Assembly: GCA_963662545.2 (NCBI GenBank)
Contig: CAXXLL010000002.1
Location: 1,888,001 to 1,952,000, forward strand
Length of the DNA: 64,000 bases
Reading direction: 5' to 3'
Source of the DNA: Gammaproteobacteria bacterium
GTDB lineage: Bacteria; Pseudomonadota; Gammaproteobacteria; Ga0077536
The notes under the pieces were generated by a model. That model was not told the origin of the DNA. It ran no database searches and saw only the letters and a program-made list of their open reading frames with translations. The position numbers were made by a program, and so were the translations under genes. Positions 9,152 to 17,610 of the stretch are shown in pieces (the stretch's first letter is position 1; every line of letters begins with the position of its first letter).

Positions 9152-10366
9152 ATGGCGCACGTAATGACGACCGATGCTGCCGCCGAAACGTTTGCAAGCC
9201 CGAATGCGTTCGCGCTGAACGACGATCAACAGGCCATGTTCGACGAAGCGGATCGTTTTGCCAGAAACGAACTGTACCCGCTGGCCGAACGCATGGACAA
9301 CGAGGAATGGTGGCCCGAGGACATCTTCGAAAACATCGGTGAGATGGGGTATTTCGGTCTCACCGTGCCCGAAGAATACGGCGGACAGGGGCTGGATTTC
9401 TTTACCAGCGGCCTGGTTTCGCAAGCTTTCGGACGATGGAACCATGCCCTGGCTTTGAGTTGGGTCGCACATGAAAACCTCTGCCTGAATAATATTTACC
9501 GCAACGCCGACGAACACCTGCGTCACAAGTACCTGCCGAGTCTCTGTGCGGGTAAGTCCATCGGCGCGCTTGGCCTGACCGAACCGGGTGCCGGGTCGGA
9601 TGCCCTAGGCGCAATGGCGACGACCGCTCGGCGGGACGGCGATCGCTACATCCTCAACGGCCGCAAGATGTTCATCACCAACGGCCCGGTCGCCGACGTG
9701 CTGCTGGTGTATGCCAAGACCTCACCCGATAAAGGCCCCCATGGTATTTCGGCCTTCATCGTCGAAAAGGATTTCCCCGGCTTCAGCGTCGCCCAGAAAT
9801 TGACCAAGATGGGTTTTCGCGGCAGCCAGACCGGCGAGTTGCTGTTCGACGATTGCGAAGTGCCGGCGGAAAACCTCGTCGGTACCAAGGACGAAGGCGT
9901 GGCCGTAGTGATGAGCGGGCTCGATCTCGAACGCGCGGTGATCTCACCGATCTGCGTCGGCATGGCCGAGCGGGCGCTCGAGATCGCCATCGAGTACGCC
10001 AAGACGCGGGAACAGTTCGGCCGCCCTATCGCCGATTTCCAGATGATCCAGTCGAAGATCGCAGACATGTACGTGTGGGTCGAAGCGATGAAAGCGCTCA
10101 ATTTCAAGGTGCTGGCCGAGGCGAACGATCTCGAAATCGGCGGCGGTGGGCGTGGCATGGTTCACGCAAACACCGCAGCCTCGATCATGTATACGGCTAA
10201 CATGCTCAATCGCGTGCTCGACGAATCAGTACAGGTTCACGGCGGCATGGGTTACATCTGGGAATCAGAGATCAACCGCCTGTACCGTGGTAACAAGCTG
10301 TTGGAGATCGGCGCCGGCACCACCGAAATGCGGAAACTGATCATCAGCCGGGAATTGTTGAAATAG
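9152..10366 (+). CDS. Acyl-CoA dehydrogenase (isovaleryl-CoA dehydrogenase-like)
   Basis: AHENLCLNNI, LTEPGAGSD, KMFITNGPVAD, EIGAGTTEMRK. Confidence 0.9.
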   Translation: MAHVMTTDAAAETFASPNAFALNDDQQAMFDEADRFARNELYPLAERMDNEEWWPEDIFENIGEMGYFGLTVPEEYGGQGLDFFTSGLVSQAFGRWNHALALSWVAHENLCLNNIYRNADEHLRHKYLPSLCAGKSIGALGLTEPGAGSDALGAMATTARRDGDRYILNGRKMFITNGPVADVLLVYAKTSPDKGPHGISAFIVEKDFPGFSVAQKLTKMGFRGSQTGELLFDDCEVPAENLVGTKDEGVAVVMSGLDLERAVISPICVGMAERALEIAIEYAKTREQFGRPIADFQMIQSKIADMYVWVEAMKALNFKVLAEANDLEIGGGGRGMVHANTAASIMYTANMLNRVLDESVQVHGGMGYIWESEINRLYRGNKLLEIGAGTTEMRKLIISRELLK

Positions 10367-10369
10367 CCC

Positions 10370-11254
10370 ATGGCGGAACCCGTCCCGATACCGAAAACAA
10401 ATGAAGATCTCGCCGCGCATCCGACCAGTTTCACGGCCGATTTTCTAAAAGGGCAGACCGTCTTCGTGTGCGGCGGCGGCAGTGGGATAGGCCGCGCTAC
10501 CGCGTGGCTGGCCGCCCGACTCGGCGCTCGGGTGATCCTCGGCGGACGGACCGAGGCGAAACTCCGCAAGGTGGCGGATGCTATCAATGAGCGCGACGGA
10601 CTTTCCGCATCGCTGCAGGTGCTCGATATTCGCGACAGCGATTCGGTCGAACGTACGTTCGAGGTGATCGGTGACGAATTCGGTTCCCTCGATCTCTTGA
10701 TCAACAGCGCGGGCGGCCAGTTTCCCCAGGCCGCGATCGATTATTCCGAGAAAGGCTGGCAGACCATCATCAACACCAACCTGAACGGTACCTGGAACAT
10801 GATGCACGCCGCCGCCCGGCACTGGCGATCGCGCGGGAGAGGAGGCTCCATCGTGAACATCGTAGTCGTCCTGCAAGGATTATTCGGCGTCGCACACACC
10901 TCCGCCGCACGCGCCGGCGTGATCGCGTTTTCGGAAAATGCCGCTGTCGAGTGGGCGCCACTCGGGATCCGAGTCAATTGCATCGCGCCGGGTTGTATCG
11001 AAACCGAGGGCTGGCGCGTGTATTCAGAACAGGCACGTTCCCGTTATCCGCGCACCAACCCGATGATGCGGGTGGGCTCTCCGTGGGAAATCGCGGAGGC
11101 CTGTGTGTTCGTCGGCGGCCCCGGCGGGCGCTTCATCAACGGTGAAACCCTGGTCGTCGACGGTGGCGGGCGCCATTGGGGTGAAATCTGGACGACGGGA
11201 AAGCCTGAATATTTTGCTGCCGCCACGCGCCTGTGGGACGACGACGGCGGCTGA
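10370..11254 (+). CDS. SDR oxidoreductase (2,4-dienoyl-CoA/trans-2-enoyl-CoA reductase-like)
   Basis: GGGSGIG, INSAGGQF, AHTSAARAGV, VNCIAPG, VDGG. Confidence 0.88.
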   Translation: MAEPVPIPKTNEDLAAHPTSFTADFLKGQTVFVCGGGSGIGRATAWLAARLGARVILGGRTEAKLRKVADAINERDGLSASLQVLDIRDSDSVERTFEVIGDEFGSLDLLINSAGGQFPQAAIDYSEKGWQTIINTNLNGTWNMMHAAARHWRSRGRGGSIVNIVVVLQGLFGVAHTSAARAGVIAFSENAAVEWAPLGIRVNCIAPGCIETEGWRVYSEQARSRYPRTNPMMRVGSPWEIAEACVFVGGPGGRFINGETLVVDGGGRHWGEIWTTGKPEYFAAATRLWDDDGG

Positions 11255-11941
11255 GGCCCTTCGCAAAGTGATGGGCGATTGTTATTAGAATGATACGAAC
11301 TGCTTTCTTGGCGTCCTTGCTCCTGCAGGTCACCTTTTCAGGAAAGCTGAATGATTCTCAACAAAAAAACGTTCCTGCGGGAACGTGTTCCGAGCGCCGG
11401 CATTTGGGATTGTGAGAATTCCGTGAAGGTTCCGTGCTAGGTCTTGCCTTTTGCCCCTCTCGACCAGCGCGCCATACCACCGCCGGTACTCACAATTCCT
11501 CTAGCCCGCGCACGGCCGCAATCTCAACTGCCAAGCTTCTGCGACTGACGCACACCCTACCGACTCAAGCAGCGATGACAGGCCTTCTCAGCGACGGCCG
11601 CTGCTCCGATCGGGCCTATACCCTGGCTGACATACATCCTGCGAGAATTGCCTGGCCGGCATCGATTAAGGCCCGCAACGCCGACGATATCTTCCCTTGA
11701 AAGCCGCACTCTCGACCGAAATCCGCAACGCCACGCGACCCGCCAATCCGGAAAATGGGCCCGGGAAACGGGCGGCTATATTTCCTATCCTTAGCCACGC
11801 CATCGACGACTGTTTTCCGCTCGTCAAACGGATTACTTCCCCCGCTCAAGCCGCCGCTCGCCCGCGTTCCCCACGCATCGACGGTTCGCTTTACCTGCGA
11901 GTACTCGAATAGGCCGCTTTGTTCTTCTTATACTCTCGACC

Positions 11942-12367
11942 TCATGGCTCTCGCACATTGCGTTGCTCTAATTGCTTAATGGACTTTTGAAGGACTTCTT
12001 TGGGTACCAGTGGCTTTAAGATGTAGTCATTTATCCCTGCTTCCAAGGCCTCTGATACATCTTTCTTTGAGGCCATTCCCGTAACCATGATAACGGGCAG
12101 CTCTGGCTCTTCCGCCCTAATCTTTTTTACGAATGATAGGCCCGATTCCTTTGGCATTATCCAGTCAGTCAGAACCAGGTGGATGGTTTTGTTATTGATG
12201 ATGTGAATGGCTTCTTTCTCTGAAGAGGCGCGAGATAAGTTTTCGAACCCTTGCGTGCGAAAAATATATTGAAGAATGTTTTGTATGGTTCGACCATCCT
12301 CCCGCGCGGAGCGAATGTCTTGGACGATAAGAATTGTGCTTTTACGTATCTGCTCAAGGACATCCAT
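11942..12367 (-). CDS. Single-domain response regulator (CheY-like)
   Basis: VLTDWIMP, IMVTG, DYILKP; AT-richer than the flanking genes. Confidence 0.85.
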   Translation of the reverse strand: MDVLEQIRKSTILIVQDIRSAREDGRTIQNILQYIFRTQGFENLSRASSEKEAIHIINNKTIHLVLTDWIMPKESGLSFVKKIRAEEPELPVIMVTGMASKKDVSEALEAGINDYILKPLVPKEVLQKSIKQLEQRNVREP

Positions 12368-12388
12368 CAGACTAAGCTGCGCGCCCGA

Positions 12389-12790
12389 TTAATTCATTTG
12401 TTGTAGCTGTTCAGAAATTAGTCGTACAAGATCTCTTCTACTAACAACGCCAATAACCTTCCTATTTTCATCTACTACCGGGAATCGCTTGAAGCCGAAC
12501 TCAACGAAAAATCCTCGGAGTTCTTCAATTGACATGTCGCCGTTTATTGCCACTACATCTTGAATATATGGAATTTGCTGGTCGTACTGATCCTGCGCGC
12601 CAGCCTTCAAAGAAACGGTTGCCAAGAGGTCCTTTTCCGTTACGACCCCGATAACCATATTGTCGTCGTTAATCACCGGTGCACCGCTAAAGTTTTTATT
12701 TACAATTATATTGAAGGCCTCCCTGATGGTGGTATCGCGCCGAAAAGTAACGACATCCCCATTCATGACATCTGAAGCGGTGAAATTCAT
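12389..12790 (-). CDS. CBS-pair domain protein
   Basis: ASDVM, FSGAPVIN...IGVVTEKDL, KRFPVVD...IGVVSRRDL. Start MNFTAS follows GGAG. Confidence 0.88.
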   Translation of the reverse strand: MNFTASDVMNGDVVTFRRDTTIREAFNIIVNKNFSGAPVINDDNMVIGVVTEKDLLATVSLKAGAQDQYDQQIPYIQDVVAINGDMSIEELRGFFVEFGFKRFPVVDENRKVIGVVSRRDLVRLISEQLQQMN

Positions 12791-12951
12791 ATATCGGACT
12801 CCATGATAATTTGAGTGACCAGTAGCCGCGAACGATTCGAAATAACCTGCCCTAGCAACCCAGGACTCTGTATCGGCATACCCGGCAGACGCTTTAGGCA
12901 ATCGCTCTATTTCTCAAGAGCTGCTGAGGTGTTTGGCTCGGACGCTGAAAG

Positions 12952-13003
12952 AAAAGGTGTCAGGTTTATTTTCCGCAACTTCCAAGTAAATAAACCTGAC
13001 ACC
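12952..13003. repeat. REP-like palindrome whose right arm is interrupted by the IS
   Basis: AAAAGGTGTCAGGTTTATTT ... AAATAAACCTGACACC; the closing TTTT lies at 14353-14356, beyond the IS. Confidence 0.8.
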
Positions 13004-14343
13004 CTGAGGAATCCCCATAAAACCCCAACGAAATACAAAGCGATAGATTGATTTGTGGGTTCGTGGAACCTGCATGGCTCGAGTTGATCTCAGTTGTTGC
13101 AAGACAATCTGTGAACGACGAGGTGAGCCATGCAGGTATTGAAATTGTTACATGAAATGAGCAGCGAAGCGCTATACGGTGTGCATTTGGGTCGTCGACT
13201 CTCGGTTTGGGCGGCGGTCGGCGGTTTACTTCGGGGCCGACGTTTGTGGCTGACGCATATCGGTCGGAGCATAGACAGTGGCACGAGCGAGAAACACGCG
13301 ATTAAGCGCGTCGATCGCTTGCTGGGTAATCGTCAGCTCGGTGGTGAGCGTTTGCAGTGGTATCAATGGATAGCTCGGTTATTGGTATCGGACTGTGCGC
13401 ATCCGGTGGTGTTGGTGGATTGGTCTAATCTGGATCAACGTCAAGAGCTCTATGTATTGCGGGCGGCCTTAGCGGTCGGTGGTCGAGCCATCCCCGTGTA
13501 TGAAGAAGTCGAACACCATTACGCGAGTGTCAAAGCGGAGAAACGCTTTCTGAAGCGACTGAAGGCCATTCTGCCTGCGGGCTGTTGTCCGATCTTGGTC
13601 AGTGATGCAGGATTTCGGACGCCCTGGTTGAGTCTTGTGGCCTCAATGGGATGGTATTACGTGGGTCGCATCCGTCATCGTCACCTCGTGCGAGGTATGG
13701 ATGAGGCGGCATGGCATTCGAACAAAGTGCTCTACGGCCAAGCCAATGCTCGTCCGAAGTCACTGGGTCGTTTTTTGATCACGAAAAGTAATCCGCTGGA
13801 CACCCATTTATTCGTTTACAAAGGTAAGAAACGCGGGCGTGTCTGCTATACGGCTTACGGCAAACCGGCGCGGGCTCGCAATACCGAGAAACCGTCGGCA
13901 GCGGCGCGTGAGCCGTGGTTATTGGCCAGCAATCTGCCGGACAACCTTCGTAGTGCGCATCGGGTAGTTGCCGTGTATCGTCGCCGCATGCAGATTGAAG
14001 AGAGCTTCCGCGACATGAAGTCGCCCCGTTACGGCTTTGCACTTAGAGAAAACATGGGACGTGATCCCGAGAGAGTGGCGAACTTACTCTTGCTGTGCGC
14101 ATTGGCCACACTGGCCCAATGGTTGGTCGGCTTGGTCGGTTACCAAACAGGTTTAGTGAAAGGTTTACAGGCCAATACCGAAAGACGTAAGCCCGTCCTA
14201 TCCGTGGTATTCGTTGGTGCTCGCCTCATTGCCAAGCAACTTCAAATCCAGCGCTCAACTTTATTACAGGCGCTCCGGGATCTACAGGCACGCGCCATTG
14301 TGCAACTTGAATTTTGCTAGTCGAATTTGTGGGGATCCCTCAG
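13004..14343 (+). mobile_element. IS4 family (IS10-like) insertion sequence, 1340 bp, with 9-bp target-site duplication
   Basis: IRL CTGAGGAATCCCCATAAA and IRR TTTGTGGGGATCCCTCAG; direct repeat CCTGACACC at 12995-13003 and 14344-14352. Confidence 0.93.
13130..14320 (+). CDS. IS4 family (IS10 group) DDE transposase
   Basis: KHAIKRVDRLLGN, VLVDWS, VSDAGF, YRRRMQIEESFRDMK (YREK motif). Confidence 0.95.
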   Translation: MQVLKLLHEMSSEALYGVHLGRRLSVWAAVGGLLRGRRLWLTHIGRSIDSGTSEKHAIKRVDRLLGNRQLGGERLQWYQWIARLLVSDCAHPVVLVDWSNLDQRQELYVLRAALAVGGRAIPVYEEVEHHYASVKAEKRFLKRLKAILPAGCCPILVSDAGFRTPWLSLVASMGWYYVGRIRHRHLVRGMDEAAWHSNKVLYGQANARPKSLGRFLITKSNPLDTHLFVYKGKKRGRVCYTAYGKPARARNTEKPSAAAREPWLLASNLPDNLRSAHRVVAVYRRRMQIEESFRDMKSPRYGFALRENMGRDPERVANLLLLCALATLAQWLVGLVGYQTGLVKGLQANTERRKPVLSVVFVGARLIAKQLQIQRSTLLQALRDLQARAIVQLEFC

Positions 14344-14361
14344 CCTGACACCTTTTTTCCT

Positions 14362-14520
14362 GCAGCCAAAGTCGAGCACCGTCTGGCCCGACTCTATCGC
14401 AAGCTTCGCGATGGTACGGCGGCGCACCATAAGGGTGGGCAGTGTGACGATGAGGTCGTACCAGGGCGCGTCGAAGCGATACTTCCTCCTCACGCGCTGG
14501 ATTTTTTCTTGGTCAGTCAT
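14362..14520 (-). pseudogene. Truncated class I SAM-dependent methyltransferase (N-terminus only)
   Basis: MTDQEKIQRVRRKY...APWYD...RRRTIAKLAIESGQTVLDFGC breaks off inside motif I (LDxGCG) at the palindrome/IS junction. Confidence 0.75.
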
Positions 14521-14714
14521 ATGTGTCCCGGCGGTGCCGGCTCGGCCACTGTATACCGCAACCTTCCGGATCCAAACCCGGGTGCGGAGCCTCGAGATCG
14601 GTAATATTTCCGGTTTTCCGATGCACGCAGTTGCGTCGAATGCTGGCCGCACCCATCATTTCACGATTAAATGGGATCTGACGCCAGCAGGTCTTCGTTG
14701 GGGGGGAAACTAAT

Positions 14715-15449
14715 ATGAAGAACTTAACCCGAACAGTATTCGTATTGCTGGCGTGCGCGGCACTTCTCTGGACGACGAATGCGTTTGCGACGATCCAAAG
14801 CACCTTCGATCTGACCGGCGAGGGTTGGAGGGACCTTACTTATTCGAATCCCGGTGTATTTATATCGGATAATGGCCTCGCCAATTTTGACGCGCTTTTC
14901 GGTAACCCTGCTGGTTCGGTTGATACGACGGATCCCGGTGGCACTGTAGCGGCGCGATTCGGCGCACCCGCTGGGTACTTAGGTAATAAATCCGGGTTTA
15001 TCGGCGGCTCGATTACGTTCCAACTCATTATCAAGGCCATGCCAGGCGTTATCTCTCTTCCCGCCGTGCCGGGTGTTGTCGCCTTTGAGAATTCAGCCAT
15101 GAATCGAGGAATCGGCTACACCGGTCCGTTGCCAAATGCCGCTACATGGACCACGTACACAGCCCAGCTTTCGCCTAATGGATTGCTGAATCCGCTTCTG
15201 GTTGGTTACTGGGGCGCGTTCGACCTGGACGATCCGACCGGGACGGCGTCGCAGGCTATGCCTATTGACTTCACTAACGTGTTGGGAAATGTCACCCGGT
15301 TGACTATCAATGGCGAAGTCACCGACGGGACCGACGACACGATCGCGCTCGATAATGTCCATCTCGTGATTCCAATCCCGGCCGCATTGCCGCTGATGGC
15401 TTCCGCACTGTTCGGATTAGGATTCGCCGCGCGTCGACGTCTAGGCTAA
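14715..15449 (+). CDS. Secreted VPLPA-CTERM (PEP-CTERM variant) protein with laminin B-like domain
   Basis: Signal peptide ending AFA; C-terminal IPIPAALPLMASALFGLGFAARRRLG; internal APAGYLGNKSGFIGGSITFQL and VLGNVTRLTING...LDNVHL. Confidence 0.8.
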   Translation: MKNLTRTVFVLLACAALLWTTNAFATIQSTFDLTGEGWRDLTYSNPGVFISDNGLANFDALFGNPAGSVDTTDPGGTVAARFGAPAGYLGNKSGFIGGSITFQLIIKAMPGVISLPAVPGVVAFENSAMNRGIGYTGPLPNAATWTTYTAQLSPNGLLNPLLVGYWGAFDLDDPTGTASQAMPIDFTNVLGNVTRLTINGEVTDGTDDTIALDNVHLVIPIPAALPLMASALFGLGFAARRRLG

Positions 15450-15486
15450 CTATCCACGCAAAACTAAGACCGAAATCAACGCGGAA

Positions 15487-15557
15487 AAAGGGAACGGAGG
15501 GATTAAAAATTAGACGGCCGGGCTGATTGGTCAAAATTTAATCCCTCCGTTCCCTTT
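15487..15557. repeat. 21-bp perfect inverted repeat (REP-like hairpin, possible terminator)
   Basis: AAAGGGAACGGAGGGATTAAA / TTTAATCCCTCCGTTCCCTTT. Confidence 0.85.
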
Positions 15558-15642
15558 AATCCCTTTTTCGAGGTGCATGAATCTCCAGGCCAATTGGCCG
15601 CCGGTTGCCGACGGCTAAATCAGCTCAAATGTGTGCGGAAAT

Positions 15643-15721
15643 GGGGGTCAGTCTTGACTTTATACAACTCACTCGCCTTGGCGTAGCCAGAACAGGTTGT
15701 ATGAAGTGAAGACTTTACCCC
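15643..15721. repeat. Imperfect long inverted repeat (REP-like)
   Basis: GGGGTCAGTCTTGACTTTATACAAC / GTTGTATGAAGTGAAGACTTTACCCC. Confidence 0.7.
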
Positions 15722-15750
15722 GGTATTCTGTTGACGTTTATGGACGGAGG

Positions 15751-16077
15751 CTAATTAGCGGCGTCGCCATCGGTCGTACCCAGTGACTCGTTGAGGTCGG
15801 CGAGCGCGCTGACGAGTAAGCCGTGTGCCTCACTGCTGGCTTCTCCCAGCGCGCGCATCGCACTAGCGAAGCCAGCGACTGAGCGATCGTGGGTTTCGAG
15901 TAACTGTTCGAGATGCGCGATTTCCGCCAACGAGCGCCGGCCTCCGTCGGTGTATTTTCGATTGAGTTCTTCGAGAGTATTGAAGTAGGCGTCCTTGCTA
16001 TTGAGCATCTCACAGTAGGCCCGCCACGCGGGCCGTGCGAGCTCCGGCAGATTGAGGCCGTGCTGCTCGATCGACAC
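15751..16077 (-). CDS. Hypothetical helical protein
   Basis: 108-aa ORF starting 12 bp downstream of the RRM gene on the same strand; plausible codon usage. Confidence 0.65.
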   Translation of the reverse strand: MSIEQHGLNLPELARPAWRAYCEMLNSKDAYFNTLEELNRKYTDGGRRSLAEIAHLEQLLETHDRSVAGFASAMRALGEASSEAHGLLVSALADLNESLGTTDGDAAN

Positions 16078-16089
16078 CGCGCAGCCAAT

Positions 16090-16464
16090 TCAGCTGAAGA
16101 TTTTCTTGACGAAACCCATCAAGCCACCTGAGCGGGCGCGATCCGCTCCGCCGTTGCCGTTCGACCGCTGGCCGCGTTCATGTCCGGACCCGCCCTTGTG
16201 GCGCGACCGCGGCTTTTCATCCTTGGGCTGGGATTCGTCGACGCGTAGCTCACGTCCCTGGAAATCGGAACCGTTCAAAGTTTCGATCGCGTGGTGCCCG
16301 GCTTCCTCGTTCGCCATTTCCACGAAACCGTATCCTCTAGAGCGTTTCGTGCGTCGATCAATAATGACTTCAGCGGAGTCCACCTCGCCGAACTCCTCGA
16401 AGGCCTCGCGGAGTTCCTGACTCTTGACACTGTAGGGCAGATTGCCCACGTAGATGTTCATCAT
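16090..16464 (-). CDS. RRM (RNP-1) RNA-binding protein
   Basis: RNP2 IYVGNL, RNP1 RGYGFVEM, LNGSDFQGRELRV; Gly/Arg-rich tail. Confidence 0.93.
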   Translation of the reverse strand: MMNIYVGNLPYSVKSQELREAFEEFGEVDSAEVIIDRRTKRSRGYGFVEMANEEAGHHAIETLNGSDFQGRELRVDESQPKDEKPRSRHKGGSGHERGQRSNGNGGADRARSGGLMGFVKKIFS

Positions 16465-16675
16465 GAGGATCCTTTACCTATACGCCGCCTTTTAAGCGCG
16501 TGATGGCGGCTTGTTGCGTTCGAGTTTCGCTGTCGTAAAGACGGGGCAGGCTCCACTGCCTGCTTTGCGCCCCTGCCACTAACTAGGTGGCTCTATTTGC
16601 CGGCGCCGTACATGCGCCGGCCGTCGGCCGGCCGAATTCAAGCATATGCCGAGCACGCGCGCAAACCCCTCGTCG

Positions 16676-17473
16676 TTACGCAACCTGGTGCAGATGGACG
16701 TCGGCTTGAGGAAATGGAATTTTAATACCTTCCACGTCGAAACGTTTTTTTAAGGCTTCGTGGAGATCGAAGGTGACCGGCCAGTACTCTTCGCCGTCGA
16801 CCCACGGCCGCACCGCGAAATTAACGCTGCTGTCGGCGAGCTCGAGAACGCCGATGCTCGCCACCGGGTCTTTAAGCACCCGCTGATCGGCCGCGAGCAC
16901 CTCCTCGATGACTTTTCTGACCTTGTCGAGGTCGTCGCCGTATCCCACGGACACGACGAGATCGATGCGGCGGGTCGACTGCGCCGAATAATTCACGATG
17001 GTACCGCCGACGATTCCGGCATTTGGCACGATGACGGTCTTGTTGTCAGCGGTGAGAATCTGCGTGGTGAAGATTTCGACCTCTTCGACGGTACCCGAGG
17101 TACCGCCCGCCTCGATGAAATCTCCAATTTTGAACGGCCGAAAAGTGACCAGCAGCACGCCCGAGGCCAGATTGGACAGTGAGCCCTGAAACGCCAGGGC
17201 GATGGCGAGGCCGGCTGCACCGAGGATGGCAACGAAAGAAGCGGTCTGTATTCCCAGTTGTCCGAGCGCCGCGATGACGATGAAGGCGAGCAGACCGACG
17301 CGTACGACATTAGCGCTGAAATTGACCAGTATCGAATCGACGCCGCGCTTCTCGAGAAGCGTACGCGTGATGCCTGTCACCTTCGAGGCGACCCAGCGCC
17401 CAAGGTAAAAAATCGCAGCGGCCAGGGCGATGTTGACGATGAATCCCATGATCGTGTCACCTAGTCCATCCAT
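16676..17473 (-). CDS. mscS: Small-conductance mechanosensitive channel
   Basis: AILGAAGLAIALAFQGSLSNLASGV, RPFKIGD, LADSSVNF, IPFPQ. Confidence 0.92.
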   Translation of the reverse strand: MDGLGDTIMGFIVNIALAAAIFYLGRWVASKVTGITRTLLEKRGVDSILVNFSANVVRVGLLAFIVIAALGQLGIQTASFVAILGAAGLAIALAFQGSLSNLASGVLLVTFRPFKIGDFIEAGGTSGTVEEVEIFTTQILTADNKTVIVPNAGIVGGTIVNYSAQSTRRIDLVVSVGYGDDLDKVRKVIEEVLAADQRVLKDPVASIGVLELADSSVNFAVRPWVDGEEYWPVTFDLHEALKKRFDVEGIKIPFPQADVHLHQVA

Positions 17474-17610
17474 ATCAGTTTCCCCTTTCCCATTTTCGAG
17501 TGTAAATGGTCAAGCGATAGTGACGAGCAGCCATCAGCGCATGCCGTACCCGTTCCGTGTTGTGATGCAGTGGTGGCAGCGGACGCCAGGCCGCCGGCCC
17601 GGTTCTAGAG

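Noticed and set aside
11434-11979. Short ORFs in the 11.3-11.9 kb gap
   Set aside because: No recognisable motifs or ribosome-binding sites; treated as non-coding or relic DNA.
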